From positions 2,852,001 to 2,916,000 of the forward strand of contig JANJGN010000038.1 of NCBI GenBank assembly GCA_026770705.1: a stretch of 64,000 bases of DNA, in the 5' to 3' direction. The notes beneath the pieces are model-generated. The model had not been told where the DNA came from. It worked only from the letters and a program-made list of their open reading frames with translations, and searched no databases. The position numbers were made by a program, and so were the translations under genes. Shown in pieces: positions 26,791-39,400 of this stretch. The stretch is from Isurus oxyrinchus. Taxonomy: Eukaryota. Position 1 is the stretch's first letter. Every line of letters begins with the position of its first letter.

Positions 26791-28404
26791 CTACAGTGTA
26801 AAAAATCATAGCATTAAAACCCAGTGAGTACCGCAATGAGAAAAATGATATTCAGTTCAACTGTAACGTCCGGGGTATACAACAACAACAATAACAACAA
26901 TATTATGTATAACTATCGTGAAAGATAACAATCATTCTGGGTTTGGGAATTACCCCCCGCCATCAACATTCAGAAGCCTAAGTATGGAGAATATCACTTG
27001 TGTGTCTTCTCGATCTTTAAGTCAATTATTTGTTATGGATGTTAAATACCCCACTATCATTATACAATTTTCAGAAACAAATATGACGATACTCGTGAAT
27101 CATTGCTTGACTCCTAGCACACCTAACGTAGTCCATCTGCAGTTCCTATGATTGTAACATTGCATTCCAAATGAAATTTGAACGATAGTGTTTCTTTAAA
27201 AATTGCTGCTTACTCAATATGTTTGGACCAGAAAAACGCCATCCCATTAGTATTTTGATCATCCGCTAGCTTTCAATGAAATATTGACCTGGACAACAAA
27301 TTCTTTTATTCTCATGTATCTGTTCAGAACTTTCCCATTTCCACATTATTACCTTTGACTATCCCTATGCTTCAAAGTCAGTCCTGACATGGTTTTTGCG
27401 TGTACAAGAATTGTCATTCTTTTACTGGCAAGCTAAATTAAACTGCTTTCTATTGTAATGCCATGTTCTGTTCAAAGTCTATTGCACCCTCTCGGTTAGT
27501 ATTGTCAGTGATTGTATATATACTCTGCTCTGTTCCTTCTAATTCCAGTGAATTGCTTTGCAGTATGGTCTCACAAGGTGAGTAAGTATAAGCATTCTCC
27601 ATTTTAATATCATGGATCATGACGTAAGGTTTAGAAAATATGTTGATGTTACATGAACAATATTGTAGCTAAATGGTTAAACCTACTGCAGTTTTGGGAG
27701 GAGAGAAGTGCAGTTGGTTGAAGTATAGACTGTGATCGACAGCATTGTCAGAGAGGACGGGCATGCTGAAAAAACATTGTTGTTAGTTTCTGTTTGTAAT
27801 CACTACCTAATAAGCGAATGTTCGCAATCTACATTGCAAATGTGCAGTTAGGAATTTTTAATGCCATGGGGAAATAAGGACTGAGAAAATGGCTTTGGAA
27901 TGTGAACTGAATAAAATCCTTGCTCTAATTATCCTTTGCTTTCCTCATGTGAAAGCAATCTTGCTCCCAATGCTCCCTGTGCAATGCTACAGATTTTCTG
28001 GTGTGTGTGTGTGTGTGTATGTGTGTGTACATGAGAGGAATATTATTAAGTACATACAGATATAAACAGATAGGTGACAGGTACAGAGATGGTTAGTCGG
28101 AAAGAGAGATGGAACAAATGAGAGATGAGTGAAATATATCAAGTATGAGACAGAAACAAAAAAAATGTTCACACTTGAATGTGTAATTATTCAGAATTTG
28201 ATGTTTAGCAACTTGTTTAATTTGAGACATGTCCGCTGTCTCCAACTCTGTATCAATGTGTCACTCTCCTACTGGACTATACAGAGGGGTCCAACATCAA
28301 GTGCAACCATGGAATACGTCTTTATTCAAAATGATAGCTAAATAAGTGGATAGATACAGTTGGAAAATCATTATAGATAAGAGAGAGAAAAATATTAATA
28401 AAAA

Positions 28405-28725
28405 AGGAAGAATTGCATTTATGTAGCACTATTCACCACATCAGAACGTCCAGCGCCTTTTCTGTCCAGTGAAATCCTCCTGAGCTGTAATCACTTTTGT
28501 AATGTATGGAACATGGCAGTCGATTTCCACAAAACAAACTCCGCAAGCTCAATGTGATAATGACCTGATAATCTCCTTTTCATGATGTTGATTGAGTGAT
28601 AAATATTTAACAGGGCTTCGGGTAGAACTTCCCTGTCCTTCTTCGAAATAATGTCACAGGATCGTTTGCTTCTGTCTGAGGAAGCAAACGGGACTTCGGT
28701 TTACGGTCCCACGGCAGAGGACAGC
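28405..28725 (-). mobile_element. DeuSINE (SacSINE1/AmnSINE1-like) fragment
   Basis: Antisense match to the recalled Deu-domain consensus (aatgtgataatgacc.gataatct...tgatgttg.ttgag.gataaatatt...cttcttcgaaata). Duplicate at ~45285-45605. Confidence 0.65.
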
Positions 28726-28989
28726 AAAATTTCCCGGATCAAAATTAATAAATAAACATCAAGTTTCCAACATGAATAAAATAATAAACATGAGTAAGGT
28801 GCAAAGGAAATCAATCAACTCATGTATACTAATCGAGGAGCATCTGGAGTTCCTGTGGGCCTGAGAATCTCCTGAAGTGCATTAATCATAGGAGGTTGTC
28901 ATCCTGTCTATCTAGCGTTCAGGAGGTTAGTAAGTGGTTGGTTATCCGATAGGTTAAGGAAATGCTCACAGTGCAGGAATCCTCCAGGA

Positions 28990-31900
28990 TTGTTACATAT
29001 TCAAATCGGTTTGCAGGGCTTTGAGTAGAGCTGTCTAGTAATCATCCACGTCACTAGGGGCCAGATTTAAACAAGTCAGTGAATCATAAAGTGGAGGATT
29101 GCAGTTCTTTAGGGAACTTGACAGTCCGGGGAATTGGCCAGCGCTTCTGCCACCACCAACATAAGTTTCACTTTAGCTCAATTGTGCCAAAGTCAGTTAC
29201 ATCACTGAGTAGATGAAGAAGATTTTGAAAAGGAAAGGAAAATGACCAAAAGTCCATGTTTCAACCAATGATACAGGTAGGGAAAGGATTGAGATTCTAC
29301 CGAAATAATTTCAGCACCTAGAGCACATCCTTCCTGTTGGCAATCTCCCGATTATCCCCAGTGCTACAGAACGGTTAGTGCAAGAGCAGCAAAATAATCC
29401 AGGTTTAATGTACGAATGACGAAACTGTTCAGAAGATGCTTCAAAATATGGGGCCAATGGGACCATTTGAGAGGCTGTTCGGACCTGAAGAATGTGGACG
29501 CATTGCATACAAAGAGGACTGAAATCAATCCATCGCAGGAATATTAATCAAATCGTGGTGGAGGCTTTAAATGAGTATAGCAGAGAAGGCACATCCAACT
29601 CCACTACCCCACCACCACCACCCCCTACCCCCAACACCACCCACCCAACAGATGAAGAACTTGAGGGCAGAGAAAAGTTGCAGAGAGCGTAAAGAAACAA
29701 ATTAGATTTAATTGAGGAACAGCTCCGAATTAGATAGGTTGGTGCACGGAGAATTGCAAAACAATCCAAGATCACATTGTGCCCATGTGTGTTAATTCCT
29801 GGTAAATGTTAATTAACATCATTGGGCTGTAGGTACGAGAGACCACGTAGCATTATGTTGTAACTGCAGTAACAGAGACCTAGGGGAAGTGAGGGAAGGC
29901 ATGTCAATTTTGAAATCATGTCGACAACATTTTGAGGAAAGATGAGGAAGGAAAAAAAAGGAGCGAAGGTGGAACATTTACGTAATATACTTTTTAAGCA
30001 TTAGAAAGTGTTGGTGTACTTGAGAGTTCGAACACGGAATTTGTTTCAGTAGAACTGATGAATAGCAGAAACATTATTAGGTGCTAGGTGTATAAAATGG
30101 ACCACAACATAGTGGGGAGGAAATGGAGGAGCAAAACTACAGGAACGTCACAGAAATTTGCGAGAAATTCAGCGTATTGGCGATAGGGGGCATCATTTAT
30201 TATACGAGGCTGAATGAAACTGTATCAAACAAAAAGACATGGAGTAACTCATGCAATGTGGATAAGATAGTTCTCATGGTCTCTGTGTTTTACCCCCAAT
30301 CAAGGAAGGAAGCAGTCGTATCTAATTCTAAGGAATTATGTGAGGCATGTAGCAGACGGAGATAATATGGAAAATAATGATAATATCATTATGTTTAAAG
30401 TACATATGGATTTGTAGAAGAATTAATCATATGTGAAAATATTCAACGGAAGTGGCGTTAATTTTGGTGAATAGAAAGGTGACGTGCTCCAGATGGATTG
30501 ACGTGAAAGACTAAGCAAATCACTAAATGAACAAGAGGAGGCTCTCTGAGTGGCGATAGTTTATTTTCATAAAGCAGACAAAGGGAATGATAAGAGATCA
30601 TGTAAAAAGTGGCAAAGAGCATTTGGCAATAGATTATCAGGTAATGGAAAGGTGAGTCTAAACCTCTGTTCTAAACATGTAAAGAGAAAACATGTAGCCA
30701 AAATAAGGCTGAGTCAATTAGAAAGCGAAAGTTAACTTTATTCTGGAGGTAGAGGGAGTACGACGTAGGGACTAAGTTAATACTTTGCAAAAGTCTTCAG
30801 GGAAGAAATTAACGCTGGAAATGTCACAGTCAGAAGGTGGCACTGGAAAGAAAATAAAAACAGAGGGGAGAAGCACAGATGCAAGGGAAGAAGTTAATCT
30901 TCTGCCAGTGCACAAGGTGAAAAATTCACCCAGTTGGATGGGATGCATCAGAAACGGATTAGTGAAGTAAGCATTACAATTGCAGATAGTCTGGACACGA
31001 CGTTGCAGTTCTGCTTTGATATGGGCCTAGTTACAGGAGAATGGAAGCTTATCAATAACGTACCCTGTCCAAAAAAAGATAACATTATGCAATTGAACTA
31101 CACGTCAGCTCCCCTCGCGCCAGAGGTGGGGAATATTCCAGGAACCACAGATCAGTCTTGTCTCCAGTTCTCAGCACTAACCTTCAGGATGAAAAGGCTT
31201 AGCGACAGAAGCAATGAGAATTACTGGTATGGGACCAGGAATAAAACATTCAGTTATGTGTTGGCACTGGAAAACCTAGTATGTTGGAATAGAAACGATT
31301 ATGAGTAGATTTTAGTAAATAATGGAAAGTGCTTCCAGCACAAGAATTGCCAGCTATTTGTCTCTGGGAGGGGGGCCTCTGAATTGGGATGTACTTTATC
31401 TGCTATGCTTGTCAAGGGTTTGAGAAGTCGGAATAGAAAGCAGTACACCTCAATTTGCTGACAATGATAATTTAAGCAGCACAGCAAAGAGTAGAAAGTC
31501 GCAAGTGGTCTTCCTAAAATTAAATCAATGCGGGATTGGGGTAGGCTCTGCACAACGATATGTAAAGTTCCCTATGGAAACGTGAGGTCATCTAGTCTGA
31601 AATTAAGGAAGATAGACGATTGTTATTTTCTAACAATGAGACGATAAAAACTGTAGAACATCTCGAATAATTAGCTTTCCAACTACGGAAATCCTTAAAG
31701 TTAGTGGGAAAGGAATACAAATAATTAAAGAAGCAAATGGATCGTTGGCTTTAACCCTGGGCATGGGGTAGTTGGAATCCAAAGGGGTAGATACCTTGTC
31801 TCAGTTGTACAAAGCTCTCGTTAGTTTGTTCACTTCTGCGAAGCCCACATCAGGAAGTGCTTGCAGGGATGGAACAGAGATTCACCAGAACAACACCGGT

Positions 31901-32330
31901 CACAAAATGGTTAAAATTATGCCAGCATGATCTTCACCTTCGGATTGTGTTGCCTGGACGATTACAGGGTGATCTAATTGAGTTACTTAAATAATTACTT
32001 GATATGGCTGTTAATATAGTAATAAACTAAAAACAAAAATCTACCATATGACAACAACACGAAAAAAACCTTAAAAGTAGAGTTTGGTATTTCAGGGACG
32101 AATCGAGGGAACACTTCTTTGCACATTGGCTGGATGCCATCTAAGACTCTCCCCTCAGCCCAAAAGGAAATTTAAATGTGGAGGTTGGATGCCAATTTAA
32201 ATGCTTACAACTGCGTTTGACAGAGCTTTGTTAGTTAGGCATATTAATAATCATGAAGGTAAGATGTGCTTAATTCGCTAAAGCACAGATCAGCCACAAT
32301 CTGAATGAATGATGGAGGATGGTGAGCGCC
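28990..32330 (+). mobile_element. Highly decayed CR1 LINE (ORF1 and ORF2 remnants)
   Basis: ORF1-like and APE-like (LGVYYGP...EEQNYR) fragments and a degenerate 3' end. Duplicate at ~45880-49140. Confidence 0.55.
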
Positions 32331-33302
32331 ACAAACTTCCCTTTGTCTTCTTCTTGATATAATATTTACTCTTCGGTTTAATCCTAACCTTAACCGTTGT
32401 CATTTGCTAAAATTGAAGCCCAGGTCTATAGTTTATTTTTCTATGATTGTGGATTTTTGGGCCAACCGACCTTCATCTTGTATCATTTGCTGATCAATTT
32501 AAAAGCTAACATTTTCTCCATTCCTTCCGTCAATCCCCTTCTCACCTATTAACAATGCTCCTGTTTGGTAGTCTTCCATAGTAAATGTTTGTTTTCATCT
32601 CTCCAACGGACACATCACCTCCTATTCTTCCCTAGTCACTGCTTTCTTCGTGTCTCCACAATGATCCATTTCCCATCATTTCACAGGGTACGCTTTCCTA
32701 ATCATTTCACAGTGATTAACCTTACATCCTTGTGAGCTAGTGCTTTCCTCAACCCGCACTGTTTTCCACCTCCTAGCAATCATAATAAATGATTTTCCAT
32801 TCGATTTACGTTGATCCATCTCCCATCAATCTGCAATCAATAATTTCTTCATCTCTTTACAGTGATCCATGTTTGCATGCAAATGCTTTGCTTGTGCGCT
32901 CTGCTTTCTCTCAGAGAAAACTTCTCGTGACTTCAAAACCTCATGGTCAATGCTTCAAGGGATTTGCCATCACATTACCAACTGGTTCTGGTCATTACCT
33001 AAAGATCCAGAATCTAGAAACAATGCATCTTTTTTTTCATCATTGACATATTCTTCTGCTTAATGTGGCAATAATATTACTATGCATTAAGCCTTCTCCC
33101 CAATCTTCAAAATAGGGAGGCTTACAAAATATATAGATGGAAATTACTAATGAAACTCAACCTAACGCTGTGGGATAGGTTTAAATTATGCAAATATTGA
33201 AATGTTTAGTTCTTCATCTGTATCTTTGCTATATCTCGGTAAGAAATTCAACTGTTGAATAAATTTACACATTTTCCCGATACTACTGCGAGCCATCTTG
33301 AC

Positions 33303-33461
33303 CTTAAGGCCTGTCACATATGAGCTGTATATCGTACTTAGAATGAACAAAGTGACGAAAGTGACTACTGTTGATGCCGTGCCTAAATACTCGTCGAAGT
33401 TTTTTTAATCCGTCTTCCTCTACCAATTGGTCTTCCAGACCTTCCATTATTTGAGGGAGTT
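33303..33461 (-). pseudogene. Duplicated Ig TM1 exon, frameshifted (distal copy)
   Basis: 159 nt versus 158 nt, with one extra A in an A-run (plus-strand T7 at ~33400-33406). I counted 13 substitutions against the proximal copy, including V>G and M>T in the TM helix. Acceptor intact; donor changed to gtcaag. Confidence 0.85.
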
Positions 33462-36400
33462 CTAGAATAAATAAATGGAGTGTGTTATAAATGAGATCAG
33501 GTTGAATATAGACCAGATATAACACAAAGGCGGCAGCTGGCAGGGGTATGCTGCATTGGAAGTCAAAGTAAAGGAACATGAAAATACCTTAAGTCGATTA
33601 ATGTAATTTTCCAAAAACATGGGTATGTTTGTTGGGTGGTGACACTGGGTGTCATACAGGGTACCTAGGTCATAGGAGTGATTTTAAATGATAATGTGTG
33701 CATCATTTGCACGTTTACGTGAAAAATGATCAATCCCATGTGATTGAAGTTTAGTTTTTCTCCTTTAGCAGCTGAAAACACCAAAATAATCAAAGATCTA
33801 TTCAGAAGGTTCACTCGTCCCCTATCTGAATAGAAGGATGGACTCAGGCTCGAATCACTTGCAGTTCACAGGCTAAATAACCTAACAGATCATCAGGAAA
33901 ATGGGGAGGAGTCACAGAAGAATTTAGGAGGTCTTGTCAGTAGCAGAACCAGGCACACCAAAAAAAGAGGTGTCAACCTGGGGGAGCTATAACACAGGAC
34001 TGCTTGCATGCCAAACAGCATAATCAGTAAGTGATAGGCAGAGCTAAGCGATCCTGCAACCAATGGATCAGTTCTGCCACATGCAGTTGTGAATCACGGT
34101 GGACAATTAAACAACTCACTGAAGGAGGAGGCTACAAAAACATTCCCATCCTCAATGATGGAGGAGCCCAGCACATCAGTGCAATAGATACTGCTGGAGC
34201 ATTTGTTGCAATCATCACCCAGAGTTGCCCAGTGGATGAGCCACCTTGGACTCATCTGTACGTCCCCAGAATCACAGATGCCAGTCTTCAGCCAATTCGA
34301 TTCACTCCACGTGATCTCAAGAAAAGGCTGAAGGCATAGAATTGTACAAATGCGACGGTCCAGGAAAATATTCCGTCAATGGTACTGATGACTCGTACTC
34401 CAAAACTTGCCAGGCCACTAGCAAAGCTATGTGCTAGTTCATCTACAACACTGGGTTGCTCAGGATAGTGACCTCGGCCCAACCACCTTCAGCTGCTTCA
34501 TCAATGACCTTCCTTTCATCATAAGGTCAGAGGTGGGGGTGTTTGCTGATGATTCCACAATTTAAATACACAATTCGCGACTCCTCTGATGCTGAAGCAG
34601 TTCGTGTCCAAATGCAGCAAGACCTGTACCGTAACCTGTTTTGGACTGACAAGTAGCAACTAACAATCGTGCTACTCAAATGACAAGCTATGTCCCTCTG
34701 CAACAAGGGAGAATCTAGCCACCAATCATTACCAATGACATTACTATCGCAGAATCCCCCTGGTATCAACATCCTGGGGGTTAACATTGACCCGAAATTG
34801 AACTGGCATATAAAAACTTTGACTACAAGATCAGGCCACAGGCTAGGAATCCTGGGACGAGAATCTCACCTCCTGACTCCGCAAAGTCTGTCCACCAATC
34901 TACAAAGCACAACTCAGGAGTGCCATTGGACACTCTCCACTTGCCTGCATGTGTGCAGCTCTCACAGCACTCAAGAAGCTGGAGAACACCCAGGCAAACC
35001 CGCCCACTTGATTGGCATCACATGTGCGAACATGTACCCCCTACAGCACAGTAGCATCTGTGTGCATCATCTACTAGATGCACTGCAGGAATGCAACAGG
35101 ACTCCTTCGACAGCACCTTCCAAGCACATAAGCTGTGGGTCCACCTACACCACATGGCTGCAAAGCCGCTCACCAGCTCAAGGGCTATTAGGAATGGACA
35201 ATAAATGCTGGCCAAGCCAGCGAAACCCACATCCTGTGACTGAAAAGTATATGCCAGGGAATCCACTGTCTCTGGCACTTCTAGGCGCCCAAGTTAAATG
35301 CCTTCAGGCCCTGGGAACTTGGCGGATTTCCGTTTTTTTTGTCTTCAGTAATTTTTCTGTTGATATAAATTACCTTAATTTATTCACTCTTATAAGCACT
35401 TATGTTAACTTATATTCCTGGTGAGCATCTTGTAATTTCCATTGTGAAGGTACTCACCACCTCTCTGTTCAATTTCCCTGCCATCTCGTCATTCCCGGTA
35501 ACAATTTCCCCTGACACTAGTAAGTGTTTACTTCAGTTACATTCATTTTTTAACTGGTGAAAGTTTTTACAATCTGTTTTATGCTCCTGTCTAGTGTGCT
35601 CTGCAATTGAATGCTTTCCCCACTTTTTAACAACTTTTGGCTGATCCTTTCATTCTTTGTAATACAATCTTAATCCTCAGTCTTGCTCCCACTCTTTGCA
35701 ACATTATACGTTTTTCTTTTTAATCTGATACCATCTTTACTTCCTGAGTAATACTCGGATGTGATTTTTCTTGTTGAGTTTTTGGTTTTACAATCGAATG
35801 AATTTTGTCCAAAAATATGAATTGTTCCTTGAAATTGTTCCCACTGTTTATTTACTACTATAACTGTAATTCGTTTACCCCAACCACACTTACTCAGTCC
35901 TCTCCTCATTCCTAAATAATTGGTTTTATTTAAATTGAATGTTATTGTTTGGTAGAATATGTTGCTCTCAAGCTTAACGTGGAAGTTAAATGCATAACGA
36001 TCAGCAGCTCCCAGTGGATCTTTAATAATGTCCCATTTTCCGCGAAGCATTGTTCCAAGAAATAATCATCTTCTTGACGACCCTTGTCAATTTGTTATGC
36101 CTTATTTTTATGAGGATTAAAATTCCCCAGCTTTATTAAATAGCCTTTGTGACAGGTTCCAATAATTTCTTGTTTAATGCTCTTTGCAACTGTTAGATTC
36201 TCCTAGTGGATGTATAACCTACTCCCACCAGGGTTTACTGACTCTCTTTGTCCAAAATATTCACCTAACCAGATTCCACTGCATGATCTTCTGATCCAAG
36301 GCCCTTGCTCATTAAGGTCCTTATGCCATCATTTACTATCAGTACCGCTTGGCAATTCAGTCTGCATTTGAAACATATTGCGTAGCCTGGAGTACTTATA

Positions 36401-39400
36401 CTACAACCTTAGTCACCGTGCAGCTCTGTTTCTGTATTGACGAATAGCTGTTAGTTGTTTATCTCGATTTGTGACAATAGTTCATCGACTTATCGTATTG
36501 TGAGTGTATTTCTGTATCCTGACAAGGATAATTTAGTTTAATGTCGGCGACTATTGCCTGAATGTTATTTTTTCACTTTCTGATGCAGGATTACTGTTCA
36601 ACTCTTTGCACCTTCCTGATCTGCTCTGCTGGTTTTTAGTTTGTTCCATTGCCTTGACTTTTATCTTCATATTTCTATACCTCCCTTCACACAGACTCTG
36701 CTCCCACCCTACATTTGACGAAGTAACAGAAACCCTTGTTATACAGTTCACCATGACACTGCCAACAGCCATGTTTCAGCACAGCCTGTGCCAATTGAAC
36801 AATCCTATCTTTAATGGGTGCTTGTGCCGCTTCCCCATGAATGCCGTCTTTCTGCTCATTCAAGTAGGCCACAAGCACATCTGTCTCTTGGGCAAATTCA
36901 AGGGCTCTGAACCCACCATCAGTATCTACAGCATACTGATCCCTGCCTATCTCACAGTCATAATCCGCTGTCTCTGGTAATTGCAAGACTCTAACTTTCT
37001 ACTTGGCCTAAAGGGCTGAGAGAGGTTCCTGGAACACAATGTCTGGATAGCGATCCCCCTCCCAGACGCTACACAAAGTCTGGGTCTCTGGCTTCTGCTT
37101 GCGGTCGAATGCCTTTAAGGAGCCTATCTATAACTACTGTACACTATCAGAGAGTTTGCGATGTACATGCTCAATTAATCATCACGCTGAAGATATGAGC
37201 AGCTCGAGGGACAGGACCTGTCAGCGCACTTGCAGAGATTGGTGCATGTGGTTTCACCCCATGAAATAAAAGAGCCCACATAATTGTGTTACCAATCTTC
37301 TTGGTTGTGGTATCTGTGTGTCGCAGAAACCAAAACATTGCTCAATAGATCAGAGGCGAAATCTCTTGCCACAGATTTAGTTTTTTGGGATTGCAATCAT
37401 TCCACAGATTCTGATGTTTTTGAATTAAAGCACGCCAGTATGACTGTCATGGCTGAATAATCTTATTTAATGAACAAATCAATTATATACTAATTGATAC
37501 AGCTAAACTAGTAGCAAGTTATCCCCCATAGATTTTTGGCAGAAAAAAACCTACCTGCTACTGAAGGCCCCAGAATGGTACAAAAAGTGCACCTCCTTCT
37601 TCCTTTGCACCGATTTCCCACTTAAACCAAATTCCCAAATTGGCTTTTGTTCCTCGTCGCAGGCAAGCCTTGTCATCTCACTTTGTCATCTCACACTGTA
37701 TAATTCTCTCGAGAGAGCAGATGGCGCAAACCAAGATGCAGCTGCTAAGTCAGCTGTCTGCTCCAGTAAATAACATCTATTCAGGTAGCAACTTTCAGTT
37801 GGCTGACTGATAACTGAAAGTGACATAGGCGTTTCTGTTAACTATGCCTGTTAACAAACACACCTAAGTTTCATATCAGAGAGTGACTGCTAATCTGAAT
37901 TCTATCTTGAGAAACACTTAGCGGAGATATTCCTGTTGTATGGCACCTACCACCGTGCTCTTTGGGATTGATTTCCAACACATCTTGAAACTTCAAACTG
38001 GGCGTCATGAGGCAATGTGGACCATCAGCAGCAGTGGAATTCTATTCAACCGCAATGTATAATCTCGAGGCCCTGCAAATGGCCCACTGCACCACTACCG
38101 TCAAATCAGTGGATCCACTCTGGTTTAATGAAGAGTGGAGGAGGGCATGAGTTGGGCAGAATCAGGCAGGCCTAATGTAGAGGTGTCAACATGGCGAAGG
38201 GAGAACACAAGATACTTGATTGCCAAAGAGCAGAAACAGCATGCAAGCGAGAGAGGTAAGGGATCCCACAACCAACGTATCATATTGAAGGTCTGCAGTC
38301 CAGCCACATCCAGTCATAAAAGTGCTTAGATAAGTCAACAACTAACAAGACGATGAGAATTCATGAATATCCTCATCACCAATAATCGGTGGGCCCAAAT
38401 CATAAGTGCAAAATACAATGCTGAATAATTTGCAAACATATTCAGCTAGAAATGCCCAGTGGATGCCCAATTTCCCTGCTCTTGAGCTCAGCATCATCAG
38501 AAGAGCCAGTTTTCAGCCAATTGGATTCACGCTACTTCGTGAAGAATCTGCAGAAGGCGCTCGAAAATGCAAAAGGTTTCGGGCCCTGACAACATTCCAA
38601 CAATCGTGCGGAAATCTTTTCCTGCTTAATAAGCTGTACCCTTAGCCAAGCTGTTCCAGTGTATTTGGAACAGTGACATTTACCCTGCAAAGTAGAACAT
38701 TGCCCTATTTTAGCGTGTGCACAAAAAGAAGGGACAAAACCAACACTGCCAGTTTTACCACGCCATCAGTTTACTCTTGGTTATCAACAATTTTATGGGA
38801 GGTGCTTTCAACAGTGTAATACAGAGGTGCTCGCTGACGCTCAGTTTGGGGTACATCATCGCTACTCAGCTCTGAACGCCATTGCAGTCTTGATCCAAAT
38901 ATGAACCAGAATTGAACTCAAGAGGTGAGAATGACTGCTGTGACGTCAGGGCATCATTTGACAGGGTGTGCCATTAAGGAGCCTAAAATAACTGTCGTCA
39001 ATGGGAAAATGGTGAGACTCATACTTAGCAAAAAAGATCATTGTCATTTCTCAAGGTCAGTCATCTTGGTCCTAGGATATTCCTGCAGGAGTTCCTCGGG
39101 GTAGTGTCCTCGGACCAAAAATCTTCCCATGGTTCATCAATGACCTTCCTTCCATCATAAGGTCAGAAGTGGGGATGTTAGTGATGATTGTACAAGGTTC
39201 AGCATGAATATCCGCACCATAGATACTGGAGCAGCTCGTGGCTTTGGGCAGCAAGAATAAGACAAAATCTACACTTGGGCTGATAAGTTGAAACTAACAT
39301 TCGTTCGATACCATTATCAGGCAATGGTCATCTCCAGCATGAAAGAATCTGATCATTTCCATCTGACAATCAATGACATGACTATCACTGATTCCCCCCA

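Larger units (their letters stand above)
15254..33916. repeat. Tandem segmental duplication, copy A (~18.7 kb, distal to the C exons)
   Basis: Colinear with 33917-52404 throughout, with the same LINE/SINE fragments and TM1/TM2 exons. Begins gaagaattcatgagggcatgtcagg and ends ...ggagtcaca. Confidence 0.95.
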
